From IMG/VR virus record IMGVR_UViG_646564589_000005: a stretch of 64,000 nt of DNA; one strand, 5' to 3'. A model generated the notes under the pieces. It searched no databases and was not told the DNA's origin. It saw nothing but the letters and a program-made list of their open reading frames with translations. Positions 8,987 through 17,352 of the stretch are shown here, in pieces. Positions within the stretch are counted from its first letter, which is position 1; each line of letters begins with the position of its first letter. This DNA comes from a virus. The translations under genes were made by a program, and so were the position numbers.

Positions 8987-9651
8987 ACGAAATCAGAAAT
9001 GGAAATTACCTGAAAATCAATGGGGATCGATATCAGAGTATTTTTGTAGTCGGCGACCTCCACGGGTGCTATCAGTTACTGACGGATAAAATGCAACAGA
9101 TTGATTTTAATTATGAAAATGATTTGTTGATATCAGTGGGCGACCTGATTGACAGGGGGGATCGAAATGTCGAATGCCTCGACCTGATAACTCAACCGTG
9201 GTTCAGGGCGGTTCGGGGTAATCATGAGCAAATGGCGATAGATGCGCTATTTCACAATGGCGATAGTGACCTCTGGTTCCAAAATGGCGGTCACTGGTTT
9301 CTCTACTTGGATTATGAGCAGGAAATACTGGCAAAAGCGCTCTTAGCGAAAGCTGAACAGCTGCCGTTAATTATCGAGGTCAACGCAGGACACAAGAAAA
9401 TAGTGATCGCCCATGCCGACTACCCCGATGACGAATATGAGTTCGGCAAAGAGGTTGACTGGTTTGATGTCATCTGGAACCGAGGCCGGATTTACAATGC
9501 TGGTGTTGATATCAGTGGAGAAATTACAGGGGCTGACCTGTTTATATTTGGCCACACTCCCGCTGCAATCCCAGCAAAACACTGGAACCAGCTTTATATC
9601 GACACAGGCGCGGTATTTGGGCATGGGCTGCATATGGAGCAAATCAAATGA
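8983..9651 (+). CDS. ninI: NinI-type Ser/Thr protein phosphatase
   Basis: GDLHG, GDLIDRG, RGNHE, FGHTP metallophosphoesterase motifs. Confidence 0.93.
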   Translation: MNEIRNGNYLKINGDRYQSIFVVGDLHGCYQLLTDKMQQIDFNYENDLLISVGDLIDRGDRNVECLDLITQPWFRAVRGNHEQMAIDALFHNGDSDLWFQNGGHWFLYLDYEQEILAKALLAKAEQLPLIIEVNAGHKKIVIAHADYPDDEYEFGKEVDWFDVIWNRGRIYNAGVDISGEITGADLFIFGHTPAAIPAKHWNQLYIDTGAVFGHGLHMEQIK

Positions 9652-9719
9652 AATACCTAATATTCTTCGGGTTTTGGATAGCAGCCATGCTGATTATGGG
9701 GATAGTGTTAGGAGGATAG
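9648..9719 (+). CDS. 23-aa hydrophobic peptide ([23 protein letters not shown])
   Basis: Fills the gap exactly, with an ATGA overlap. Confidence 0.5.
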   Translation: MKYLIFFGFWIAAMLIMGIVLGG

Positions 9720-9720
9720 A

Positions 9721-10008
9721 GTGAAACAGAAAACCTACCGCAGTAAAAAATGGCTGGCAGCAGTTGGTCAAATTGAATGCTGTGTTAGATGTGGGAGATT
9801 CGGCATTCAGGTAGCCCACCGGAACGAAGGAAAGGGAATGGGATTGAAGGTTGATGATAGTCTCACGGCAGCTCTGTGTCCTGAATGCCATCATGCTATC
9901 GACAATGGAACCGACATGAGCAGAGACGAGCGTAGACACGAGATGGACAGGTCTATTGTTCTTACCGTCAAGGAACTGACCAGGAGGGGATTAATTGGAG
10001 CATTATGA
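9721..10008 (+). CDS. DUF1364/DUF968-like Zn/HNH-related phage protein
   Basis: C..CG...AH.N.GKGMG.K.DD..TA.LC..CH..ID motif. Confidence 0.8.
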   Translation: MKQKTYRSKKWLAAVGQIECCVRCGRFGIQVAHRNEGKGMGLKVDDSLTAALCPECHHAIDNGTDMSRDERRHEMDRSIVLTVKELTRRGLIGAL

Positions 10009-10364
10009 AAACCTACAATCTAAAATTGCCGTGGCCTCCATCGAATAACACCTACTGGCGGCACACAAAGCGGAGTCACTACATATCAGAGAAAGGCATC
10101 ACCTACCGACAGCAAATCAGTAACATCATTCAGCAGCAAAACCTCAATATCAGTACCCAGTCTCGCATCAAAATCTCAATTACAGCAAATCCCCCGGACA
10201 GACGACAGAGAGACCTCGATAACCTGCCTAAAGCGGTTTTCGACTCGTTAACTTATGCCAATTTCTGGGTTGATGACGGCCAAATTGATGATATGCGGAT
10301 CAGGCGAGGTGAACGAGTTTCTGGAGGCTATTTGGATGTCCAGATATGGGAGCTGGAGACATGA
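10005..10364 (+). CDS. rusA: RusA Holliday junction resolvase
   Basis: LPWPPS.N.YWR, RDLDNL.K...DSL, DD.QID motifs. Confidence 0.95.
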   Translation: MKTYNLKLPWPPSNNTYWRHTKRSHYISEKGITYRQQISNIIQQQNLNISTQSRIKISITANPPDRRQRDLDNLPKAVFDSLTYANFWVDDGQIDDMRIRRGERVSGGYLDVQIWELET

Positions 10365-10714
10365 CATTCGACAACTTTAACGAGGCAATTTCCTATGCCA
10401 GAAGACGGCGACGGGATGAGAGGAAGCATTTTGCGGTTCGGCAACGTAGTAATCATCTCTATGTCACTAGGCTGACAGACTGCAAACGCCCTACATGGTC
10501 AACACTGGATGATCTGCGATTTGAGCGTTACGGCGTAAAACCTCACCCACTAGTTAAATTAGAGCTGTCTGATACCCCGCTCATCATCGGCTTACTGGCC
10601 TCTGGTCTGTCACAGCGGAGCGTGGCCAATAAATTTGATGTTACGCGTGGGGCGATACGGCGATTAGTCAACAGGGTAAAACAACAACACACAGTATTGC
10701 CGGAGGTGAGATGA
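10361..10714 (+). CDS. Phage protein with C-terminal HTH
   Basis: GLSQRSVANKFDVTRGAI HTH-like segment; coupled ORF. Confidence 0.65.
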   Translation: MTFDNFNEAISYARRRRRDERKHFAVRQRSNHLYVTRLTDCKRPTWSTLDDLRFERYGVKPHPLVKLELSDTPLIIGLLASGLSQRSVANKFDVTRGAIRRLVNRVKQQHTVLPEVR

Positions 10715-11304
10715 AAAAGGGAGATTTTACGGATTTGGCCTATTTTCGGTCTGAAAATCAACTCCGTCAGAAATGGTGCAAAGGAGTGGGAAAAATTACG
10801 CCATCTGATCGCACATGGGTACGATACATGCTGATGCTATGGGGGGCTGATAATCAGGGGGATGATTTGCCGGATGGTGGGAATATCAATGTCATTGGCC
10901 GCCTGATGGTGAGGGATACGTGGGATGATGGAACGACTACCGCAATTAAACTGGTTATGATCAATTATGCGAAGTTAGGCTACACCGGAAAAGAATTACT
11001 GGAAAAAGTGAAAGAAGTCATTATGCCTCATCAGTCAACACTCGGTGCACTTCGCCTCGCCAAAGAAAAAGATGACGCCGAGTTTGTTGAGAAATGCATG
11101 ACCGAAATATTCACTATTGATAATCCAATTCGCGATGTAGTTATTAAACGATACAAGAAGTGCAAAAGCTCGCAAAACATTTTAGAAGCGCTTTCTCATA
11201 AGACGGGTATTGATATTGATTCTGCCAAAAGGCGTATCAGGTGGGCTAACAAGGCTGCTGAGGATATGATTTATTCCATTATGTCAGAAAGAAATAGTAA
11301 TTAA
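10711..11304 (+). CDS. Q: Late antiterminator Q
   Basis: Last nin gene, followed by a pR'/pause/tR' arrangement; WV.YML.LWG motif. Confidence 0.8.
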   Translation: MKKGDFTDLAYFRSENQLRQKWCKGVGKITPSDRTWVRYMLMLWGADNQGDDLPDGGNINVIGRLMVRDTWDDGTTTAIKLVMINYAKLGYTGKELLEKVKEVIMPHQSTLGALRLAKEKDDAEFVEKCMTEIFTIDNPIRDVVIKRYKKCKSSQNILEALSHKTGIDIDSAKRRIRWANKAAEDMIYSIMSERNSN

Positions 11305-11336
11305 TTCTATAAAATAATAAATAAGGAGAAAAATAT

Positions 11337-11377
11337 TTGACAAACGCGCCTAAAAACTATATGTTTTATGTTATGCT
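11337..11377 (+). promoter_or_regulatory. Late promoter pR' (TTGACA-17-TATGTT) with -10-like pause element TATGCT 12 nt downstream
   Basis: Hexamers at 11337-11342, 11360-11365 and 11372-11377; same 12-nt offset as the lambda pR' sigma70 pause. Confidence 0.8.
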
Positions 11378-11402
11378 CGGGCAGTAAAACCGAAAAGCAG
11401 TT

Positions 11403-11431
11403 AAGCCTCACTAAATCAAGTGGGGCTTTTT
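11403..11431 (+). terminator. tR' terminator
   Basis: AAGCCTCAC/GTGGGGCTT stem plus T run. Confidence 0.8.
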
Positions 11432-11446
11432 CATATCTACTCGTAG

Positions 11447-11641
11447 TCAATTTTCATTTTTATTCATCAGTAATTTCAGCGCATCGTTGAATGCCTCGCA
11501 GTGTTCATCATAGACGCCGCGATATTCGGCGTTAAAAATATCCGACATCGCCTCACCGATAGTCGTTTTATAAATCGGCGTATTGTCATCCAATAACTGA
11601 CAGATAGCGCGTCCAATCAGGGTGTATGCGTTCGTGTTCAT
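11447..11641 (-). CDS. 64-aa moron, antisense to the late transcript
   Basis: ORF with GAGG RBS between tR' and the tRNA. Confidence 0.65.
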   Translation of the reverse strand: MNTNAYTLIGRAICQLLDDNTPIYKTTIGEAMSDIFNAEYRGVYDEHCEAFNDALKLLMNKNEN

Positions 11642-11878
11642 GATAAACCTCAGTGATTAAAAATTAACCTCACTAATTTAATCCTCGATGATTAATTTAT
11701 CAATACCGGATAATTGATCGGGGTCGGACAACACCTTATATCACTGTTAAATCAATGTGTTAAATGTGATTTCTGGTGACATGAGCAGCACCTTGATCCC
11801 CATGGATAACTCAACCTGTCGGTGAGACCGACTAGTTCAAATCCAAGGCTGCACTTCGGTGTGGCCTTTCCTGTATCT

Positions 11879-11954
11879 GGAACTTTGGCGTAGAGGGTTC
11901 GCGCGGATGCCTGAAGAGCATCAGGACTCGGTTCGATTCCGAGAGGTTCCACCA
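11879..11954 (+). tRNA. Phage tRNA-Phe(GAA) with encoded CCA
   Basis: Cloverleaf: GGAACTT/AGGTTCC acceptor, GCGT/GCGC D stem, GATGC/GCATC stem with loop CTGAAGA, CTCGG-TTCGATT-CCGAG T arm. Confidence 0.9.
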
Positions 11955-12236
11955 AATTATCGAAGGTCGCTTAGGTGGCCTTTTTTCTTTTAGGCTGCCA
12001 ACTGCCGTGTAAGTGTTGGGTGGGTTGCTGGGTTACCTATTCCAGCCGACAGCAAACTCTCATAAATTGGCAGGATCACAATTTAACTCAAAAAAACCAT
12101 GCAGGGTAATACCTGCTAAATGTTACGCATTGCGTATCTGCCGTCGCCAGTTCGGGGCGGCATCTCCTATTAACTCAACTCACAGGGGCGACCATAGCTC
12201 ACCCCACGGACGCCCATTGTTCAAATGGGGTGGAAT

Positions 12237-12575
12237 ATGAAGATGAAAGAGAATCCTGATGTATGGGTACACCTCGGAGAGTGGCTCATATCGGTAAGAG
12301 AGCAAGGCATTTGGGCAACTCTTGCCGGAACGATGGCATTTTTTCGCGGTCGCTATAACGGTGGCGGCTGGGTAAAGGTTTCAATCGACGCTTTTATGTG
12401 TGCCATGTTCGCCTGGTTCATTCGTGACGTATTAAATTTCATGGGTCTGAATCCTGACCTGGCCTACATCGGCAGTGTGGTGATTGGCTATCTCGGTACA
12501 GACTTCATCGGTCAATTGCTGCGTAAGGCGGCAGAGAAAAGAGCGGGGGTATCCTCTGATGAAAATCAGCAATAA
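12237..12575 (+). CDS. S: Lambda S-family holin with Met-Lys-Met dual start
   Basis: ATG AAG ATG; [10 protein letters not shown] motif; hairpin at 12213-12229 over the RBS. Confidence 0.92.
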   Translation: MKMKENPDVWVHLGEWLISVREQGIWATLAGTMAFFRGRYNGGGWVKVSIDAFMCAMFAWFIRDVLNFMGLNPDLAYIGSVVIGYLGTDFIGQLLRKAAEKRAGVSSDENQQ

Positions 12576-12993
12576 AGGACTGGAATTCATTCAGCAATGG
12601 GAAGGCCTGAAACTGAAAGCCTACCCTGACCCGGCAACAGGTGGCATCCCGTGGACGATTGGTTATGGCCATACGAAAGATGTGAAGCCCGGTCAAGTAA
12701 TCACAGAGCAGCAGGCCGAAGCTTTCTTGCATGATGACCTCATACCCGCTTACGCCACACTGGAGCGATTGGTTAAGGTGCCACTGACTCAAGGTCAGTT
12801 TGATGCCTTGTGCTCCTTTATCTTCAATTGTGGTACCGGCAATTTCTCCGGTTCTACTTTGCTAAAGAAAATCAATGCCGGTGATTATGCAGGCGCAGCG
12901 GCAGAATTTCCCCGATGGAATAAGGCGGCTGGTAAGGTGATGAACGGCCTGACTCGGCGTAGGGCATCTGAACAACAGATGTTTTTGTCATGA
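12559..12993 (+). CDS. R: Endolysin, GH24 lysozyme
   Basis: [20 protein letters not shown]; QFDAL.SF.FN.G. Confidence 0.95.
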   Translation: MKISNKGLEFIQQWEGLKLKAYPDPATGGIPWTIGYGHTKDVKPGQVITEQQAEAFLHDDLIPAYATLERLVKVPLTQGQFDALCSFIFNCGTGNFSGSTLLKKINAGDYAGAAAEFPRWNKAAGKVMNGLTRRRASEQQMFLS

Positions 12994-13463
12994 AACTCAC
13001 ACTGACCCACTACACGATCATTGTTCTGTTTGTTACTACAGGCATAACCTCATTCGGAAGCTACCATTACAGTACTGAGTATGAGAAACAGAAAGAGGCT
13101 AATGGGCGTCAGGCAACTGAAATCCAGCAACTGACCGACACCCTAAACTACCAGAACACGCACATTGATATGCTGCATGAGATGGACACCAAGCACACTC
13201 AGGAACTCGACAATGCCAAATCTGAAATTGATACTCTTAGGGCTGATGTTGCCGCTGGCCGTCGCAAGTTGCGCATCAAAGCCATCTGTCCCGTGCCTGA
13301 AACCACTTCCTCCCGCAGCATGGTCGATGCAACCACCGTCGAACTCTCTGGAGAAACTGGATCAACTGTTCTCGATATCCGAGAAGACATCATCAACGAC
13401 CTCGCAAAATTAAGATATTTGCAGGATTACGTTAATACTGAATGTTATGAGGTGAAGAAATGA
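12990..13463 (+). CDS. Rz: Rz i-spanin
   Basis: N-terminal TM; LRADVAAGRRKLRI motif. Confidence 0.92.
   Translation: MKLTLTHYTIIVLFVTTGITSFGSYHYSTEYEKQKEANGRQATEIQQLTDTLNYQNTHIDMLHEMDTKHTQELDNAKSEIDTLRADVAAGRRKLRIKAICPVPETTSSRSMVDATTVELSGETGSTVLDIREDIINDLAKLRYLQDYVNTECYEVKK
13213..13413 (+). CDS. Rz1: Rz1 o-spanin lipoprotein nested in Rz
   Basis: Lipobox AVASC; Pro-rich; alternate frame. Confidence 0.88.
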   Translation: MPNLKLILLGLMLPLAVASCASKPSVPCLKPLPPAAWSMQPPSNSLEKLDQLFSISEKTSSTTSQN

Positions 13464-13774
13464 GAACAGAAGTTGATCTGGTCTACTTTGAGAAAGACAG
13501 AACCGAGCGAACGCAGCTCAGTAAATACTATGTATTGCATGACAATTTAGAAACAATTCTTGACCAAACACTCCTCATTAACAAAGACCAATTCGGTGAA
13601 TACACTGCAAAAATGGAATTTGAAAACTTTCCGAGACTGGAGTCAGAGAAAGAAGCGGCGTTAAGACTCGCGGACTGGATGCGACGCATGAGTGAAGCGA
13701 TAGAAGATCACTGGCAGGACAAGAAACAGTCTCCAGAGGCCGTTCAGTTTATTGGAGAACCTCAGAGTAAGTGA
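13460..13774 (+). CDS. Hypothetical protein after Rz
   Basis: ATGA overlap with Rz; 104 aa. Confidence 0.7.
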   Translation: MRTEVDLVYFEKDRTERTQLSKYYVLHDNLETILDQTLLINKDQFGEYTAKMEFENFPRLESEKEAALRLADWMRRMSEAIEDHWQDKKQSPEAVQFIGEPQSK

Positions 13775-13817
13775 TACTGGGGTTGCAGGAGCCATCCTGT
13801 CTCCTGCTTGATTGTTA

Positions 13818-13988
13818 TTATAAACAGTATTGAGTCGTGTTATCCGAATTTAACAAAAGACAGGCAGCTGTACACTCTGCATATAATATGGGTGATAGAG
13901 CAAGAGGTAAGCAGAAATTAGCATAAGTCTGCATTGAAGCTAAAAGAGTCGTGCCTGCTACTAGGCAAAGAAGAAGATATTTTTTCAT
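13818..13988 (-). CDS. Small secreted Cys-rich peptide (56 aa; about 33 aa mature)
   Basis: Sec signal MKKYLLLCLVAGTTLLASMQTYA; GGAG RBS; downstream hairpin 13785-13807. Confidence 0.65.
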   Translation of the reverse strand: MKKYLLLCLVAGTTLLASMQTYANFCLPLALSPILYAECTAACLLLNSDNTTQYCL

Positions 13989-14189
13989 AATCATTCTCCA
14001 CATCTTTTACAACGTTATTATCACAAAGACGAGTAAACCTAATAAACCCATCTCCACCCAACAACAAGCGAATAATACTGAACAATTAGTTACTCTCTGA
14101 AACTAAAGCCAATATTTCTTTACCCATTCCCTTGAGTGGTTAAAGGAATCCCCCATGCCATCAGTTAACACGGGTGGCATTTTTGTATC

Positions 14190-14333
14190 TGCATTTCACC
14201 GCGTCCCGCTCGACGCATAAATACCAAAGAACCTTTCAGGATAAGCCTTGAGGAATACCGGCAGTGGTCTGGTTAACCCTCTTTGGGCTGGTTATTCCTG
14301 AGCGCAAGGTTTATCTCTAAAAGGAACTAACCC
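14190..14333 (+). ncRNA. Structured leader RNA upstream of rha
   Basis: Nested long stem 14240-14315 ending just upstream of the AAGGA RBS. Confidence 0.45.
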
Positions 14334-14864
14334 ATGAAAGAAGTAACCGTTATCCCTCCATTCGATTTTCAAGAGATGGTAACAGCCGTACAAGATAAGG
14401 TAGTGACAACCAGTCTCAAAATAGCCTCATATTTTGGCAAGCGTCATGACAACGTTTTAAGAAAGATTCGCCAAGTTAGAGATGAGTGTCCTGATAATTT
14501 TGCCGCCCTCAATTTTGAGGAGGCTGATTTCATTGATAAAAATGGCGATGTACAACCGATGTTCAATCTAACAAAAGATGGTTACATATTGGTTGTAATG
14601 GGCTTTACTGGTAAAGCAGCGATGCTAATCAAGGTTAACTACATTCAGGCCTTCAATTGGATGGCGGAGCAAATTGACAGATGGAAAGACCTAGGCGAAG
14701 AGGCGCAACATCGTCATGCTCTGAAAGTTGCGAAATCCGAAATCAAAGCTCGAATGGGTAGCCGATTGATGAACGATAGAAAGAAAGAGAAAAAGTTGCT
14801 GGAATTGGAATATGAACAAATTTTATCTTTGACGCAGCCAAAATTACTTTTCGATGAGGATTAA
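14334..14864 (+). CDS. rha: Rha-family phage regulatory protein
   Basis: TTSL.IA.YFGKRH.NVLR, LTKDG..LVVMGFTG.AA..K..YI.AF motifs. Confidence 0.92.
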   Translation: MKEVTVIPPFDFQEMVTAVQDKVVTTSLKIASYFGKRHDNVLRKIRQVRDECPDNFAALNFEEADFIDKNGDVQPMFNLTKDGYILVVMGFTGKAAMLIKVNYIQAFNWMAEQIDRWKDLGEEAQHRHALKVAKSEIKARMGSRLMNDRKKEKKLLELEYEQILSLTQPKLLFDED

Positions 14865-15357
14865 TAGCTCAGCTACCCTCTGACACGATAAGCGATTGAT
14901 ATTATCGAGGCCCTCAGTTTGGTGGCCTCGGTTAATTCAGCTAACTATCTGAAATTAGCGAGGCCGTCACTTTGGTTCAGCTCCAATCGGCCAAAAAATT
15001 GTCTGATTACACTAACTCACTGATATTTGCATTGGTCACTGGATCAATGACCATTTCACAAAATTCTGCAAAGCATCCGAAAAGGGGTGCTTGATAAATT
15101 CTTATTTAAAAATGTTCGTAAAATATGCAGCATTTAGTACGTAAAAATACGTTTAATCATGCCTTTCACATTTCCATAGAATATACTGGAATAGTTAATA
15201 TATTTTGAGGTAATGAAATGAAAGAGATTATTGCTGCGATAATTTTCTTTGGGGTAATTTTTGGAAACGCTAATGCGGCCGAATTTACTTGTCAGTTAGA
15301 AAACAATAAATATGTAAATGTATCAGTGGAGCAAGGAAAGACGCCTGTTTATAGATA

Positions 15358-16460
15358 TACCCGTCGTCATTGAAGATGCTTGATTTTTCATTTGTATCAG
15401 ATCATGATTGCGCCCATGAAAATTAATCTAACAGATGCCCAAAAAGACGCCCTCGAATTGATGCATGATACGACTCGCGATGGACGAGTACGTGACCGCA
15501 TCAAGGCCGTGCTTTTGGCCTCAGAAGGCTGGACTGCCCAGATGATTGCTCAGGCTTTGCGGATCCATGAAAGTACGGTGAGCCGCCATCTGAAAGATTA
15601 CTTCTCTGAGGAAAAACTCGCCCCTGAAAATGGGGGCTCTGAAAGCCGTTTGTCTGCCGAACAAACAACAGAATTAGTTGAGTATCTGATGGCAAATTTG
15701 ATGCACACTACCGCACAAATTGTGGCCTATGTTCGGGCACGATGGCAGGTGACTTTCACTGTCGCAGGAATGACGAAATGGCTTCACCGTCAAGGTTTCA
15801 GCTACAAGAAGCCAATGGGTGCTCCGCATAAATTTGATGCGGATAAACAGCAACAGTTTATTGAAACCTACAACGCGCTGAAAGAAGAATGTGGCCAGAA
15901 TGCGCCTATTTTATTTATTGATGCGGTTCACCCGACCCTGTCCACAAAATTAAGTTATGGCTGGATGAAGAGCGGGCGGAAGCACGTCAAAGTGGTTGAA
16001 ACCACAGGCAGTCGTACTCGACTCAACATCATGGGTGCCCTTAATTTACAACGGATTGAAGAGACTATTGTTCGTGAATATCCGACGATTAACGCGAAAA
16101 ATGTCGTCCTTTTTTTCGGCTCAATCCGGGAAACCTATCCACTTTCGCAAAAAATCCACATTATTCTGGATGGTGCGGGTTATCACCGTTCCGGAGTCGT
16201 CCAATTTTTTGCCGAGGTTTTGAATATTGAGTTGCACTACCTGCCGCCTTACAGCCCTAATCTCAACCCGATTGAGCGATTATGGAAGTATGTGAATGAG
16301 CAGGTACGAAACAATGTCTATTTTCCGGATACCAAAACATTCCGTGAAACGCTGCGCCACTTTTTTCATGTCACATTGCCAGAAAAAGCGAAAGAACTCA
16401 CCACTCGGTTGACTGATAACTTCCAGATTTTAAAACCCGCATCTTCAAGTTAATTGCGTA
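15358..16460 (+). mobile_element. IS630-family insertion sequence
   Basis: TA duplication at 15356-15357 and 16461-16462; imperfect IRs sharing TAC...TTGAAGATGC. Confidence 0.92.
15416..16453 (+). CDS. tnp: IS630 transposase (intact frame)
   Basis: LFIDAVHP / ILDGAGYH / YSPNLNPIERLW DDE motifs. Confidence 0.95.
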   Translation: MKINLTDAQKDALELMHDTTRDGRVRDRIKAVLLASEGWTAQMIAQALRIHESTVSRHLKDYFSEEKLAPENGGSESRLSAEQTTELVEYLMANLMHTTAQIVAYVRARWQVTFTVAGMTKWLHRQGFSYKKPMGAPHKFDADKQQQFIETYNALKEECGQNAPILFIDAVHPTLSTKLSYGWMKSGRKHVKVVETTGSRTRLNIMGALNLQRIEETIVREYPTINAKNVVLFFGSIRETYPLSQKIHIILDGAGYHRSGVVQFFAEVLNIELHYLPPYSPNLNPIERLWKYVNEQVRNNVYFPDTKTFRETLRHFFHVTLPEKAKELTTRLTDNFQILKPASSS

Positions 16461-16837
16461 TATGGAACATTATCTAAAACTGAAATTACTTTACCGGTAA
16501 AATTGAATGATAGTAAAAATGTATTTTACGGTTATCAGCTGCTTATGGGTGGGTCATCAACTTATGTCAGATTTAAAAATGGTGATTACAGCTATGTCGT
16601 CTATGCAGGGGGAAGTAAATATTGGGATTTTTCAGGGCTTGTTGTTTATAAAGGCGATAAAATTATCAATAAAAAGTCCTGCAAAGATTCCGAATCGTTA
16701 GGCCTTATAGATATAGGTGAATATCATATTCAAGAAGACCCAATGATTGAAAAGTATAGTTCAGCTCCAAATTGATATTTAATGCACGATAATTCAGCCC
16801 TCTTCGGAGGGTTTTTTGCTTTATAGAGGAAAAAGAA

Positions 16838-17350
16838 ATGGCACTCACCGACAAACAAGAAATGTTTTGTCGCGAGTACCTCGTTGATTTGAACGCCACA
16901 CAAGCGGCCATTCGTGCGGGGTACAGCGAAAGGACTGCTAACCGCACTGCGTCTGAAAACCTGTCAAAACCTGATATTCAGTCGCGAATTGCAGAACTGA
17001 AAGCCGGTCGCAATGAAGAGGTCGGGGTTAATGCCACCTACGTATTAAAGCGGTTGGTCGAAATTGACCAGATGGACGTACTCGACATTCTTACTGATGG
17101 CGGTGAACTGAAACCGGTAAAAGACTGGCCTAAAGTCTGGCGTACCACTCTATCCGGTATGGAAGTGGTTGAGATGGGTTCACAAGATACCACAGCGTTA
17201 CTCAAGAAAATCAAGTGGCCGGATAAAGTGAAGAACCTAGAGCTGTTAGGCAAGCACATCAGCGTTCAGGCATTCCGTGATCAGGTCAAGAATGAACATG
17301 ATGTTGTCGGTAAGCTATCCGATATGATGGACGAACTCTCTAAGGGGTAA
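16838..17350 (+). CDS. terS: Terminase small subunit
   Basis: LTDKQEMFCREYLVDLNATQAAIRAGYS. Confidence 0.95.
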   Translation: MALTDKQEMFCREYLVDLNATQAAIRAGYSERTANRTASENLSKPDIQSRIAELKAGRNEEVGVNATYVLKRLVEIDQMDVLDILTDGGELKPVKDWPKVWRTTLSGMEVVEMGSQDTTALLKKIKWPDKVKNLELLGKHISVQAFRDQVKNEHDVVGKLSDMMDELSKG

Positions 17351-17352
17351 TC

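Larger units (their letters stand above)
15218..16775 (+). pseudogene. 150-aa secreted protein split by IS630
   Basis: Removing 15358-16460 and one TA rejoins ...PVYRY-GTLSKTE... in frame; signal peptide MKEIIAAIIFFGVIFGNANA. Confidence 0.88.

Noticed and set aside
11773-11788. CTG-N10-CAG upstream of the tRNA region
   Set aside because: The spacer is not AT-alternating, and such matches are expected by chance
11752-11955. 67-aa minus-strand ORF
   Set aside because: Antisense to the tRNA-Phe gene
16503-16775. Independent 90-aa gene
   Set aside because: It is the C-terminal fragment of the IS630-interrupted gene and starts at TTG without an RBS
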